Position numbers and translations under genes: made by a program. From the NCBI RefSeq assembly GCF_006345805.1, contig NC_043009.1:3100001-3164000 (forward strand): DNA of 64,000 nucleotides. Direction: 5' to 3'. Position 1 is the first letter of the stretch. The number at the start of each line of letters is the position of its first letter. Below are positions 12,596-29,599 of this stretch, in pieces. The DNA is from Octopus sinensis (Eukaryota). The notes under the pieces were generated by a model. That model was not told where the DNA came from, searched no databases, and saw only the letters and a program-made list of their open reading frames with translations.

Positions 12596-13680
12596 TTTTT
12601 TTAAATGATTTGCTTTGAAGTTTTGCATTCGGCAAAATTTTGTTTATTTTAGTAGTTTTGACCGCATTGGTCCCTCTTTAGCGTGTGGTATCTACGAATA
12701 GTAGTACCCTCAATATAATATAAATAAATATATATATATATATGTGTGTGTGTGTTGTGTGTGTGTGTGGTGTGTGTGTGTGTGTGTGTGTGAGTGTCTG
12801 TGTGTGTATGTGTGTGTGTGTGAGTAAATTTATATGTACATATATATATATATTCATATACACACCAATACATATACTTATAAATATACATATGCGAAAA
12901 TTTGATAATTTTGTAAATAATAGTAACGATACTTTTTTATAAGCATGAAGCTTATAAGCAATGACCGTGTATTGACCAAAGAAAATAGTCTACTGTAGGG
13001 GCATCTAAGACCTCGATGAGAAAAAATTTTGAGCCTCCACTATGCGGGAACACGAACCCACACTCTGTCTTTTCGCGATAAGTCTGCTACAATTACACCA
13101 ACACACAAAAACTTATTTGCGTCAGATTTAAGGACTATAATTTGATCTTTTTATAAAGAAACTATGTGTGTTTTCTGCAATGTTCTCTTGGCGGTGCTGT
13201 GTTTTAACAATTCTAGAATAATACATATATGTATTAAAACAGAAAAGATAAAGATTCATTTGGATTTCTCCTCCTATTCTAGATTTAATGAACACCAATA
13301 ATTATCATTGATACAGAATATCTTCCCACCATTTCATATGTTGAACCTACTGCTCTCCATTGATTGAATTCTCAGCCTATAGAATCCTCACTCAACACGA
13401 TGTTCCAATAGCTAGGATATTCTAGAAACACCTAAACGTTTTATTATTTACTATATAGCAAAATTAAATGAATTTGTCACATCTTGCCAAACTGTAAGCC
13501 TTTTTCTTTTCTTCTTTTCTACTGGCTCAACAGGAAGTAACTTCTAGCCGCTTTAGAAAGGCAGTTATGAAATCACAAAATCACAAAGTGTGTTCAAATT
13601 GCTGGAACCTTTGGAATGTTTAATTTAATGGAACAATTTCATAAAGATCTATAAATTCGCTTATACGATTTGTCAATAAT

Positions 13681-13948
13681 GGAGGCGCAATGGCCCCGTG
13701 GTTAGGTTTCGATTGCCAGACCGGGCTCTGTGTGTTTATTGAGCGAAAACACCTAAAATCTTCACGAGGCTCCGGCAGGAAGTGGTGACGACCGCTGTTG
13801 TACTCTTTCGCCACAATTTTCTCTCACACTCTCTTCCTGTTTCTTGAGTAACGCTGGTATGGACTGGCGTCCCATCCAGCTGGGGGGAACATATACGACA
13901 CAGAAACCGGGAAACCGGGCCCATGAGCCTGGCTAGGCTTGAAAAGGT
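13681..13948 (+). mobile_element. tRNA-derived SINE, head B + tail Y
   Basis: ggaggcgcaatggccc head with internal deletion; tail gactggcgtcccatccagctggggg...catgagcctggctagg. Confidence 0.85.
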
Positions 13949-15944
13949 CGACGCTAATCGTTTATCAATATATCAATATAAAACTAGATTAAAGCGAAAT
14001 AACCTATGCAAATATCTGTGGATGTTACGCACTATTATCTCTTACATACCCCAGACCAAAGTTTGTTGCCATGCTGGGCCACAATAATAATTCAATATTT
14101 AGCAGCATTTTTTCCAATTTTACGTTCTGATTTCAAATCCCACCAGGGTCAAATTTTATTTGGGGATCGACATACCCCTCCCAAGAAATTACTGGCCTTG
14201 TGCCAACATTTGAAATCAATATTTAACATATTACTTTCAAATACGTTGTCTTACACAGTGGAATTACACTGTGTAATAAGAAAAAAAAATATTCACAATC
14301 AGTGGAGATATCCTGACAGATATCTACGAAGACTTGTGTTATTGATTATTTGAGAACGACTTTGACAAAGAAAATGCGATTGATTTTTTTTAACAATACA
14401 TAAAAAAACAACGATCACTTTGTAGGTTAGATATTATCACTAAAGAAGTGATTGAAACCGTGCGTATGTGTTATTATTGATGGTGTTGTGATCCACCCAA
14501 GACACATCAAAATATATACGTTTCGAAACAAATGCTTACAAACATACATGTATAGGTATATATGTACGTACATACATTCATATATGCATGCATACATACG
14601 TACATACATAACGTACATATAAGCACCATTACTTACCAACATTGTCGTACATGCAGATGCATACACATACAGTTAACTTAGTGATTTCAGACATTTGACT
14701 GTGTTGATAGTGGGACAGAGTTTTCTTGGGTATATATTTGATTGCATCGACCCAGTACTTGTACATGTATATTTATAGATAAATCCATACACATACAGAA
14801 ACGCTGTGATATATAAATGGCAACTCATATTAGGTGAGAGAAAATAGTCAATAAAAAGGCGTCATATTGTAAGATGACATAATTTTTCTTTTATTTCAAA
14901 AGCATTTTTTATCATTCCCTGTAGAATTTTCTGGTATTAATTATTAGTTTCTCAAAATAAAATATATACATAAAAAACTACCCTTTTCTATGGCACCCTT
15001 GGATAGAAACAAATTATTTTCGCGATGGTAGATGAAAACATTCTTGCAACAAGAATGAGAGATATGTATTTCTTTCTATCGACGTATTTATTTATAAAGG
15101 TAATTTTATATCTTATACGCTATTATGGTACAGGAAATATCTTTTCGAAACCTTCTGATAGCCGGGCTGTGGAAATATCTATATTACAGAAATGTTATCA
15201 CAAAGCAACGTCGATCAATGAGACACAAAGAAAGAGAAGAAAAAAACAGAGTGGAAGAGAGAGAGCGAGAGAGAGAGAGAGAGAGAGAGAAGGAAAGAAA
15301 AGGAAGGAGAGAGAGAGCGTGACAGACAAAAAGAGATGGAAGGAAGATTTGAGGAAATATATGGAGAACGAATGAGATAAAGATATAGAGGGATAAACAA
15401 ACATGAGAATAGCGAGATATGAATAGGCAAACAAAAGTACGTCAGATAGATTTTGTATTTTGATAAGTACATGCATAAGAATTATAGACACAAACATGCA
15501 TTCTCACACACGCGTATAAGCACAGATATATGTATATAGAGAAAACTATACATATATACTCACACACGCACACATATATATATATATATATATGTATATG
15601 TTCAATCATGCATCAATACATACATATATTCATGGATGCTTACATACGTACAGGAGTGACTTTGGTGATGCATCAGAGACACAATATATCGAATTAAAAG
15701 TTTACTGTAACCAAAGAATTTCATTATGTACGTGTATTGTCATACATATCCTTAACTCCAACTTTCGTTGACTACAACGTGGATGACATTTTCTTTAGTT
15801 CGTCTTAGAGCCTCAACTAAATATCATGACCTTTTAAAACATACGAACACACACACACATAGATCTATGCATATACACACATACACACATACAGGTACTC
15901 ATATACACAAACGCACACAAAGACGAACATACGAACACGCATGT

Positions 15945-16840
<896 letters not shown>

Positions 16841-17097
16841 GAGAATGACATCAAGCGTAAGAATATGATTGTCGCATAATTTTCTTGTGATACTTCTGTG
16901 ATATCCCTCTTCGCAATTGTCTTTTAGATTTACCATTCTACTGTTTCTTCAATATCCATCTAAACCTTTTCCAGAGTATTCCTCTTGAAATTCACTGTGA
17001 ATGATTTCTTTTCAAACCATTCTATTGTTTTATTCCATTCATTATTCTTCGTTTTCTTTACCTCAATGTTATTAGCATCTATTTCTCTTTTGTCTGT

Positions 17098-17134
17098 GTG
17101 TATATATATATATATATATATGTCTATCTATCAG

Positions 17135-17222
<88 letters not shown>

Positions 17223-17395
17223 CATATCTATCTATCTATATCTATTTGTCTATCCATCTATGTATCTATCTATATGTATGCATATACATACTTACATACA
17301 TACATCCATACATACACATACAGGTGTGTATGTATACATGTGTGCGTGTGTGTGTGTTTGTTTGTGTGCTTGTACGTATGTGTATATGTATATAC
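17098..17395. repeat. (AT)n/(TATC)n/(ATAC)n/(GT)n compound microsatellite
   Basis: Direct reading. Confidence 0.95.
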
Positions 17396-17606
17396 TTTTC
17401 ACATCCATAATTTCATTAAACAATAGCTTATAGCATCCTCTTCTCGGATTCACCAAGGGAGAAAAGGTATCAGAGACTAGCGATTTCTTGTTAGCTCGGG
17501 CACTACAAAAGGACTGCTGTGGGAAGACGGCATGTGAAACCGAATCAAGAGGAAACACGGTATCCGCCAGGACTACATTTACCTTTAAACTTTATATATA
17601 TATATG

Positions 17607-17805
17607 AAGAAGACAACAAACAGAAAATTGGACATACCTATATATATGTATTATTAAAAACAAACTTGTTGTAAATAACCAAACAAGCATACACAAAATA
17701 CGCTGGCGAACAGAAAACAATTAATATAGGTATATTTGTTTATTTACTATCATTTTTAAAAAAATCATATCCAGATATGTTAAATTTTCCGTTTGTTGTC
17801 TTCTT
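17607..17805. repeat. Small inverted-repeat element (23 bp arms)
   Basis: aagaagacaacaaacagaaaatt (17607-29) versus aattttccgtttgttgtcttctt (17783-805), 1 mismatch. Confidence 0.7.
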
Positions 17806-17859
17806 TTTATTTAATCTTGAACATTTTATTTATGTAACGAACGCACTCCTCCTTTTTAA

Positions 17860-18093
<234 letters not shown>

Positions 18094-18095
18094 GT

Positions 18096-18405
18096 GGAGG
18101 CGCAATGGCCCAGTGGTTAGGGCAGCGGACTCGCGGTCGGAGGATCGCGGTTTCGATTCCCAGATCGGGCGTTGTGAGTGTTTATTGAGCGAAAACACCT
18201 AAAGCTCCACGAGGCTCCGGCAGGGGGGGTGGCGAACCCTCCTGTAGTCTTTCGCCACAACTTTTTCTCACTCTTTCTTCTGTTGGCCTGCTCGCTTATC
18301 CAGCGGGGTGGCGTCATTTCAAGGCTAAAACAATGCGAAGCGCATTGTGACTAGCGATGTGTAGCAACATCTGATAGCCTGGTCGGTCACGGTGATCCCG
18401 GTGAT
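18096..18405 (+). mobile_element. tRNA-derived SINE, head B + tail Z
   Basis: Head ggaggcgcaatggcccagtggttagggcagcggactcgcgg; tail ggctaaaacaatgcgaagc...ggtcggtcacggtgat shared with 37650 copy. Confidence 0.9.
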
Positions 18406-18592
18406 ATATGTGTGTGTATATATACACACGCATATATATATATAATTATACGCATATATATATATAATTATACACACGCACACGCGCGAATATATACGTG
18501 TGTGGATGTGTGTGGATGTGCGTGTGTGTGTGGGTGCATGCCTGCATATGTATTTATAAGCACGCACGTATGAATATATATATTAAATATAT

Positions 18593-18651
<59 letters not shown>

Positions 18652-18723
18652 CTATGCATGTATCCGTCTATTCCTCCACCTCTCTATCTATGCATGTATC
18701 CGTCTATTCCTCCACCTCTCTAT
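18652..18723. repeat. Perfect 36 bp tandem duplication
   Basis: ctatgcatgtatccgtctattcctccacctctctat x2. Confidence 0.9.
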
Positions 18724-19299
18724 CTATCAGCACGTACATATTTAAGTTCATATTCCGCCATGATCGAATTTGCCTTTTATGGTTTCCGGCTCAATAATTC
18801 CCCCCGTCCCTTGAACATGCTGGATTTCTGCCAAAATTTGCAATCTAGAAATGCATAAATAAGGTAATCTGCATTCTTTTCCCAAAATTTAAAGGTCAAA
18901 ATCCCTAGTACATACTACATACGAGGTTAAAAATGAAAAAAAAAAAAGACTCTAAGCAATGTCCGAGTCTCTATTTACTGTCCGCAATGTTTATTCAGAT
19001 ACATTTTGTGTTGTCGGGCGCGAAAATACCTTAAGCTAATCCTGAAAGTAATGAAGTTATAAAAGAATCATCCATAACTTGCAGTAAGCAACATTTATTA
19101 GAATAAAAGTATTCAGAACACAGAATAACATGTAACAAAAACAATTTGCAAACATATTTACATTCCCATATAACAGTTAAGAACATCACCAATACTGTAT
19201 TACGCATGCGCGGAAGTGTTTGTTCCACTAGGTGCTGCTGGCTCAATTACGAACGAATTGTGCATAATAGTTTAGCGCATAATAGTTCATCTTGCTGTT

Positions 19300-19821
19300 T
19301 GTATTGGTACTCAGGATGAGGTTGTATGGAAAGATGAAATAAATGAAAGTGAATCTTGTGATATTGACTATGAATCTGACGATGACGGAGATTTACACTA
19401 CAATGATGCCGACATGTTTACGGAGGAACAAATGGAACAATTATTTGGTGCTCGAAGTGATGTTGAATTTGAAGGATTTGAATAAATGTTTCTGCTTTTG
19501 ATTTTGTAACTGATAGTGATAAGTATGTAATGGCAATTTACTTAACATTTATTTTTCACTGACATTATTAGTTATTTCTTTATTTTCTGCAAACAAAATG
19601 TACAAAATAGCTACCCGTTTGTATTATGGTATATATGCAATAATAATAAAGAACGTTAGCGTATACATTTTTACAAACCAAGGACGTTATATAGACCTCC
19701 TTGACTCATGTTAGGGAAGAGGTGCGTATTATACACAAGGTTTAGGTTTTTCAAAGGTACAGCTCCCTACAAATCCCCTGCGTATTATACTCAAGGGCGG
19801 ACTATACTCGAGGATTTACGG
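19300..19821 (+). mobile_element. pogo/Tigger-like DNA transposon 3' part
   Basis: 19306-19485 encodes GTQDEVVW...SDVEFEGFE* (acidic pogo-type C-terminus); ends in TIR-like cggactatactcgaggatttacgg; left TIR not found. Confidence 0.65.
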
Positions 19822-20039
19822 CATATACACGTGCTTGTATGTGCACAGATATAGATCAGATTATAATAATATTTTTTATCTTTGTCAATATTACCGTTTC
19901 TTATTTATAAAATGATATAGGCTGTCGTCATTCTCCCTATATTCCATCGGCATTATCATCGTCAACGTTTTCATTCAGATTCTCGTTTCATTTTCATGTG
20001 GCAGTTTCAGGACATATTTTTTATTGTCCCTTTTTTGGC

Positions 20040-20079
20040 AAATTAACATAACTGTCGTTGTTGTCCTCGTCGTCGTCAT

Positions 20080-20110
<31 letters not shown>

Positions 20111-20425
20111 AGCAACAGTTTCCTCGTCGTCGTCATTGTCAACATCATTACCAACACCAATGAGGTTATCACCATCATCCTCGTCCTCACCAAGATCATC
20201 ATCATCATCATCATCATCACTGCCGTCATCGTCATTGACATCATCGTGTCATTATGATCACCATCATCATCCTCATCATCATCACAACCACCACCACCAA
20301 CATCAACATCATCATAGTCATCATAATCATCAGCAGCAGCATCCTCCCCCTCCTCCTCCTCATCATCATCATCATCATCATCAACACCATCATCAACACC
20401 ATCATCATTATCAACATCGTGGTCG

Positions 20426-20456
<31 letters not shown>

Positions 20457-20475
20457 TCTCATCATTATCGTCATT

Positions 20476-20531
<56 letters not shown>

Positions 20532-21467
20532 TCTCATCATCGTCGTCATTATGATCATCATCTCCGTCATCATCACCGTCGTAGTCGTATTCGTCATTGT
20601 TGCTTCCACCTTCATTATAATCCTCCCTTTCTCTTCTTCCCCCCCTCATTATTATCATCGAATCGTCAGATTCATTAGTAGCATCTTCCCCACCCAACGC
20701 ACCAACAGCATCATTAGGCTTGCCTCCACCAACGCCAGCACTACCAATCATCGTCCAAGGTGAACATCGTCATCTGCACATTAGACATTTCATTCACATC
20801 TTCATTTTCACTTTATCGTTATTTCAATTATATCAATATCTTCATTCTCATTATCATTATCGTCACCTTCCTCCTCCCCTCCTATCTCTTCCTCTCCTCC
20901 TCCTCCTCTTCCTCCTCCTCGTTCACCTCCTTTTCCTCCTCCTCATCCCCCTTCCCCCATCACATCACCACTACCAACGTCGTCATCATCGTCATCATCG
21001 TCACCATCATCATCACCACCGCAACCACCACAACCACCACCACAACCACCACCACCATCATCATCATCATCAACCTCAACTATAGCATCATCTTCGTTAT
21101 TCCCGCCGTCAATCTCCTCTTCTTCACCATCGCAACCAGCGTCACCACTGACATCGGTGCCATCGTCAGCGTCATCATCAATGGTAACCTTCATAATTTG
21201 CATGGCAAGTCTTCAACAGCAGCAGGACTAACATCATCACTTCCATCATCATTATCGCCGTCGTCGTCACCATGATCATTGTCATCAACATTATCGCCGT
21301 TGTAGTCGTCATCATCGTCATCATCATTATCATCAACATTATCATCATGATCATCATCATCATCATCAACTTCATGATTGTCATCATCCTCATAATCATC
21401 ACTAACATGCTCATCCTCCTTCTCGTCATCATCCTCATCATCAACATCATCATCGTCGTTGTCGTGG

Positions 21468-21498
<31 letters not shown>

Positions 21499-22067
21499 TA
21501 TCGTCATCCTCATGTCTATAATTAGCATCTATCATTCTCCTCCTCTTCTCCCTCCTTATTATAATCTCCAGCATCGTTTGTAATGTGTTCACCCCAACAC
21601 GAAGACGACGACGACGACGACCACCACCACCACCACCACCACCGCTATCATATTTGTCATCGTGTCATCTCCATCGCTGAAATTCATCATCGTCTACACT
21701 TTATACATTTCCTCCACATAATCATCGTTACACGATCATCATTGTTATATTAGCAGCAACAGTACGCAACAGCGACCACCATCATCGTTATCAGCATCAT
21801 CATCGTCATCATCATCATCTTCATCATCGTGACCATCACCATCATCAATATCATCATCATCATTATCATCATCGTCATCATCATCATCATCGTCACCATC
21901 ACCATCATCAATATCATCACCATCATTATCATCATCATCATCATCGTCGCCATCATCACCATCATCATCATCTTCATCATCATCATCCTCCTCCTCCTCC
22001 TCCTCCAGATCATCATCATCATCATCATCGCCATCCTCCTCCTCATTATCCTCCTCCTCATTATCAT

Positions 22068-22099
<32 letters not shown>

Positions 22100-22505
22100 G
22101 TAGCATCATAACCATCATCATCAGCATCATCATCACCATCATCTTCATCATCATATTCCCCGCCACCACCACCGCCACCACCACCACCATCACCAGTAAC
22201 AAGACCAGCACGTTTATCATTAACACCAACAACACCAACATGAGCAACAATCATTACGACAACACAATCATTATCACAACTACCTCCGACAAAAGCAGTA
22301 ACAATAGCACCATCATCATCATCATCATCATCAACTTCATCAACTTCATCATCATCATCATCATAGCTATCATCTTAACTATCATCAACTTCATCATCAT
22401 CATCACCATCATAGCTATCATCATCATCAACTTCATCATCATCATCATCACCATAGCTATCATCATCTTCAACTTCGTCATCATCATAATGATCGACGTC
22501 ATCAA
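20040..22505. repeat. About 2.5 kb cryptic (ATC)n/(CCT)n/(ACC)n trinucleotide low-complexity tract
   Basis: Direct reading; poly-D, poly-H, poly-I and poly-M ORFs in all frames. Confidence 0.95.
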
Positions 22506-23194
22506 CACGTTAATGTAATTGTAGATGTGAGTCATATTATTACTCCTAATTTTTCTCGTTCGTCTTCTTTCTCATGGTTTTTGTTGTTGCTGTTGTTCTT
22601 GTTGTTCTTGTCTTCAGGTACACAAGCGGGTGATGTGTTTATAATTATTTTAGCAAATCCATTCTAGAATAATGATCCGCAGAATTAAACTATTCATTGA
22701 AATGCTAAATACGTTTTCACTCGAAATCTAGAAAACAATAATTATTGTTAGAATCCAATTTAAAAATCCCAGTAAAAACACATATTTTGTCTTGGAAAAC
22801 ACAAACACATTTCCATTATATACTTTTGTTCTTTGCTTGTATTTACTCTTTGTTTCATTGGTGGTTTTTAGCGTATTTTTATTTGTCAGATCTCGCGTTG
22901 TTTTACTTTATTTCCTTATTTCACGCCTTCTTTATTGTTGCTGTCTTTTATATTGCAAATGATGTATAAATGCATTAGTTACTTAGGTTTCAATCGTAAG
23001 CAAAACAAAGTAGAAACTAGTTGTTTTAAGCTTATAATTTGTTTTGTTTTTCTTTCATTCTTAGTCTTCTCTTTTCTATTTCAAGGCGCCATGATTCAAA
23101 CATGCATAGCAAGTAGAGGAGGATTTAACGTCAATATCCTAGCAGATATGTGAGGATTAATTATACACAGTTCATAATATGTATATATAAATAT

Positions 23195-24130
<936 letters not shown>

Positions 24131-25531
24131 TACATTGCTTTTGTCTATTTCTCTCTCTGTATACTTTTTTTTGCCAAACACACCACAGATCATTCTATGT
24201 AATAACAACTTTGAAGAATAATTAAAAGAATAACGTTTAACATCGAATACTTTCGATTAGAAACGTAACACTTACAAAGATATTGCAATTTGTTTTTATT
24301 CTCTTTTACTTTCTCGTTGCTCGAATCGCTGTTGTCTTCCGGGGAACAACAGCAACAAATAAAATAGACGTATTGCAATTAATTCTTAGTAAATATTGAT
24401 TAATAGTTGAACAGATTCTAGAGATAAATCTTCCCGAGAGTGTATTGTTTTCAATAAATATGTGCCAACCTATAAAGCAATGCGTTTAGAGAAATACTAA
24501 AATGTTCCACTTAATAGCTGATAATATTAAACTTTACGTACTCAAGTTCAGTCCATCTTTCGTCAGTGATAGTTTTCGCTTATCTTTGTTGAAGCGCTAA
24601 TATTGTAAGTTTCCTCTTATTGTTGCAATTATTGCTGATATCTAATTTTCGTATTACACTGTTTCTAGTGATATTTAATCAACACTTTCGCTTTGTGAAT
24701 ATTCCCTTGTGGTTTCTAGGAGAAATGCATCGAAAGTGATATTCATTTCTGTAATATTATACTGTTGAGTTGTGACTGATTCATTTGCTATTTCTAGCAT
24801 TTCAGAGTCCTATAAACTATCAATCCTTTTAATTGTTAACTATCCAGTAATATACTGCGGTGTCATATTATTTATTACATATTCTTTTATTTGTGCAGTA
24901 CTGTAAGGTTATCTTGAAATGCATTTAAAACACGGCTTTAACATCTTTCGCAATGTCTTCGCAGTTATTGTTTACCTCTTATAATGATATTCCATCAATA
25001 AACATTCAAGATATAATTACACCCGAAGAGGGAAACTCACAGGAAGATGAATAAAACGTAACCATGCGTCAGCTATTTTGTATTTTCGAGATACCTTTTA
25101 TTATTTGCAAAATAATACATTTCATTTCCTCAGATTTACTTTATATCATCCAAAAAATGAATTCTAGGTCAACTGCACCATTCTGTTATGTTGCATTTAC
25201 GTATTATTGTTCTCTGATGTTTTCCGTGATGGTTACAGGAATATGTGAGTATGTGCAAGAGTATTTGCATACATGTAGGGAGATGAAATCATTCCTATGT
25301 GTGATACACACAAATATTCAATGCAGACATACACACAAACCTATGCTATGCACACATACGCATGTACGCACAGCGACACACGCGCAAGTGTGTATATGGA
25401 TGCATTTCTCCCTATATACACGCAAATGTTTGCACACACACAGACATGTAGCCATGTGTGAAAATTTCTGTCTGTCCACATATAGCACATGTTCGTAAGC
25501 AAGCATGTATCATGCGATGCACGTATATGGT

Positions 25532-25912
25532 GGAAGCGCATTAGCTCAGTGGTTAGGGCAGCGGTCTCGCGGTCGTGAAATCGCAGTTTCGATTCCCAGG
25601 CAGGGCGGTGTGAGTTTTTTATTGAGCGAAAACACATAATTCTCAACGAGACTTTAGTAGGGGTGGTGAAACCTGATGTATTCTTTCACCACAACTTTCT
25701 CTCTCTCTCTTTCTTCCTGTTTCTGTTGTACCTGTATTTCAAAAGGGCCTACCTTGTCATACTCTGTGTCACGCTAAATCTCCCTGAGAAATACGTTAAG
25801 TGTACACGTGTCTGTGGACTTCTCAGTCACTTACACGTTAATTTTACGAGCAGGCCTTTCCGTTGATCGTATCAACTAGAACCCGCGTCGTCGTAACCGA
25901 CGGAGTGCCACG
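25532..25912 (+). mobile_element. tRNA-derived SINE, head B + tail X
   Basis: Near-copy of 9755-10160. Confidence 0.9.
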
Positions 25913-26344
25913 ACTAGTACATGTATCAACCGTTGTCTTTAATTGACATTATTATTGTCTCAAAGGACAGCAATAGCTTATATGACGTTGTCTTACGCAT
26001 ACCACTCATGGTTCTCACTATGTCAATCTAGATCTGCGTGGATCTTTAGCCTTTTGCGTAAATTACCTTGTGTCCAATTAGTTTCTTGAAAGCTGACATG
26101 AAACACTGCAATCCATGACATAGCTAAATCCAGGGAACGTAGTCTTTGAAAAAGATGGGATCAAACATTATGTTCGACGGCAACATCTCAAAGGCTGCTC
26201 TTTTAAATGTAGAAACTATTTAAGATGTATAATTATAAATCAAATACAAACCTCACATTTCATCTAATGTTGGAGTGTGCTGTATATATTTCTGATATCG
26301 GATCTCCATCTTTATTAAAACACATTTAATTTGGATCTTCTCTT

Positions 26345-26547
26345 AGAGCCGCATAGTCCCTGCTTTAAGGGAATCCTGAAAGGCCTGGTGGGAGGCCCAA
26401 ACCTCCGAGTTCATTTACAGGCCTGAGAAAAACTAAAGGACCACAGCAATAAATGTGTGAGTCTGAGAGATATTGAATAAAACCAAATTTAACCGATCCA
26501 AATATATATTCGTTTACCCAAAGCCAGGGACTTTTCACCACCCTTCA
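26345..26547 (+). mobile_element. Mariner-like transposon 3' end
   Basis: C-terminal-like FTGLRK.KDHSNKCVSLR; TIR-like aaagccagggacttttcaccacccttca followed by TA. Confidence 0.6.
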
Positions 26548-27554
26548 TATATCCAGCTTATAGCTTTAGAGACCATATGAAATGTAGTATCATATAAAAC
26601 TTTGATGGCCTATTCTACACCCATTTCACCGTTGAAATCGCGACTTGTAGCACAATGTGTGGACAGAGCCTTTTAAAGTCTAAGTGTACTATACAATAAA
26701 TTATGCATAGCACCAATAACACATAAGGAAACTTCATATATTCTGCTAGATTTTGCCTCAGCCCGAAGCTATTCAACCATCTGCACGACGTTTTACAAAG
26801 TTATTTTTATTTAATATACTCAGTGTTTTCTCAGTGAATATTGTTACTTTAAATATTTATTGAATAGCCTTAATGTTAAAATCAATATTTTTTAATACTT
26901 ATTAGTAATCTCCCGTCACTAACAAAGGAGTATCTATATTCAATTGTGCTATATTCCAGAAAATGACATCTGTTAATTATCCCTCCGGCGTTATTCTAAC
27001 TACATATTTCTATCATAGCGTGAAAGAAGGCATAATCTGTTTTAAGACATTTTTCTTACTGACAAAGTATATTATAAATATATTATTTCCATTTTTATGT
27101 GGTAACTTAAGAGGTTCTACGAAAAATAAATATATAATATATTGGAAATTTGTTATCGATAATTTGTGTTTAAATGTTGAAATCCTGATCAGTAAACTTC
27201 CTTAGATGGTTAATTAAATGATACTTTTTATGTATTCTGTGTCTTAATTACTAGCCATAATTTTCCATTCTAAATGTGTGTACAAACAGCTAAATAAATG
27301 GCTATTTGATGGAATAAAGTTAGGAAGTATACATCGTGTTGCATTTTCCCCGACTTAACATTTCCAGAGTATTTAATTATCTGGGATATTTTGTATCTAA
27401 AGCAGCTTTAATTGATGGAAGTTATGATTATTTTGGTTGAAACGTCCGTAAAAGCTCTTAGTGAATAATCCATCTATATCCTACCAAACACCCGATAAAA
27501 TTTATTTTCGGTGGGGCCTTATTATGAATGGGTACATATTTTTTTTTTTATTTG

Positions 27555-27930
27555 GATTTAGCCGCATTTTGCAGTGTTGAATATTGTTGAAAAAAATAAA
27601 TTTCTCACCTTCAGGCACGATCCAGTTTATAAACTGTATTTGGTAGTTACGTGTATTGAGTGATTCACAGCAATCAAACCTCTACCCATGATTTTCCACT
27701 GAAATAACATAACGAACCCATTTCCCCCATTTTGAAACTTTTCCTAGCTTCTTCAAGTGATTATGAATCATCGTAAGGCTAGCATTAAGCTCGGCGGAAG
27801 GTCGTTCACTGTCACAGCAGGTAAATTGCAAGAATTGCATCTTGCATCTTGAAATTCGGAAGGACTTCCTCGTGTAAATTGAAATTGTTATATCTGAATA
27901 TTTCAGACCCCAATCTTCACATTCGTTCAA
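27555..27930 (-). mobile_element. Mariner transposase fragment (second HTH to first catalytic motif)
   Basis: ELNASLTMIHNHLKKLGKVSKWGKWVRY.ISVEN...FINWIVPEGEKFIFFNN matches mariner ..HL.KLG.V.K.G.WVPH.LS...FL..I.TGDEKWI.Y.N. Confidence 0.8.
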
Positions 27931-28869
27931 TTATTGCATATTATCCATGAGGCTGTGGAGCATGTTTGGCCGCTACCTTTACAATAGTGGGTCGACGAAA
28001 CTCGTGTAGAATAACGTGATGAATATTTCCATGATGCTCCTTGGTTCTTTCTGTAGAACATCAATATACTAAAATGTGGTCGTCACTCTACGGGAAATCT
28101 TCATTAAATGTTTATGCATCAGCAAATGCCATTCATGGTTAATTCTTAAGAGCAACAGTTTTCAAGAAATTTATGCGCATAATTGCACAGAACTTTCTAC
28201 AAACCCTGATAATTATTCCGACATGGAAAGTAAGATTGAATGCAATTAAACCTAAGTCGTATTTGAATTTTCTAGATTAAATATCACAAAAGACAAATCC
28301 ATTCTCATTACTTCTCCAGTCTATAAAAATCTAAGTGTATTATTCATGTGCTTCTGTTTATATAAGTATAAGAATTTACGTATTTATGAATTACTGATTT
28401 TTATATTATATTAACAAAATCGTCATAGTAATTCCGAATTAGACTTCTTACATTTGAGTATAACGATATTTTATGAACGCTGGAATAGTATGCAAACGTT
28501 TAGCACGGAATAAACTAAAATGGTAATATATTTGCAATCAGTTTTACCATAATCTATGCTTATTACTCATCAAAATGAGTGGAGAACATGAAGGCCACAA
28601 ACAGCTATTCTGCGCTATTCTTAAACATAGAGGTTGAGATCATTTGCTGAGTGAAATGGAGACGTTTATTGTTAGAAAAAAATATTATTCTTTCTTTTTC
28701 CATAGGTGAAATACTGCCAAATTCAACGATAATTCAAACTGTAGAAAGTTCAATACAATTGTTAGAGAAATTAAGTTGGATACAATCATATTGACTGTAG
28801 ATTATTCATTTTGGAAAACGGAACTTTGTAATTTGGGAAAAGACGTAAACACACAGAAACACACATGCT

Positions 28870-29000
28870 CACGTACATACATACAAACATACATACATAC
28901 ATACATACATATATACATAAATACGTACGTACGTACATACATACATACATACATACATGCATACATACATACGTACGTACGTACGTACATACATACATAC
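28870..29000. repeat. (ATAC)n with interspersed palindromic (TACG)n
   Basis: Direct reading. Confidence 0.9.
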
Positions 29001-29599
29001 ATTCAGATACCGCAGCATGTATGGTTACATTTCCCCGGATCGATAATTATATTGCAAAATGTATGGACTCTTCCTATATCTGGTGAAACGCAGGCATTCT
29101 GCATGTGTGCTTCATTGCATCTGTCCCCTAGTTTCCTCAACTGGTTTCAAGTTAGGTATGTCATATTCAATTCTTCTAGGCCAGAAAATTCTGAGATATT
29201 CTGCTGTAAATATCTACCTCGGTACCAGATTTCATAGCATATATGGCATGGGACTACTCAAAATGCATATCTGAATTTATTTGTTATAGATTGTTTTATC
29301 TTCCACATCAACTATTACTTAGGAGATTTAATTCTCCAAATATTCCGGCGGTAATAATCCAGCCAACGTTTGGGTGTATTACATAGCCTCTGTTCCGGTT
29401 TATACACAATGGAGAGATGGTTTGAGTAATTGAAGGCTACTAGTTCTAGCAGGCCGATGTTCCTTATGCCAGAAAGATAAATCTTACTGGTGGGATAAAA
29501 TAAGTACCAATTTATACTAGATATTTCTGCGCTTATATATTTCTTGTCAGTACTGAGCATAGTCCCAATGGTATTTGTTGTTATTAGTATTATTTTATT

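Noticed and set aside
16880-17060. Penelope RT fragment (WNKTIEWFEK, minus strand)
   Set aside because: A single short motif resemblance is insufficient
19975-22254. Single Asp-rich (Aspein/Asprich-like) gene on the minus strand
   Set aside because: Successive D-rich ORFs (starts 22254, 21592, 21203, 20751) shift frame at each step, lack a convincing signal peptide and splice signals, and follow directly from (ATC)n sequence
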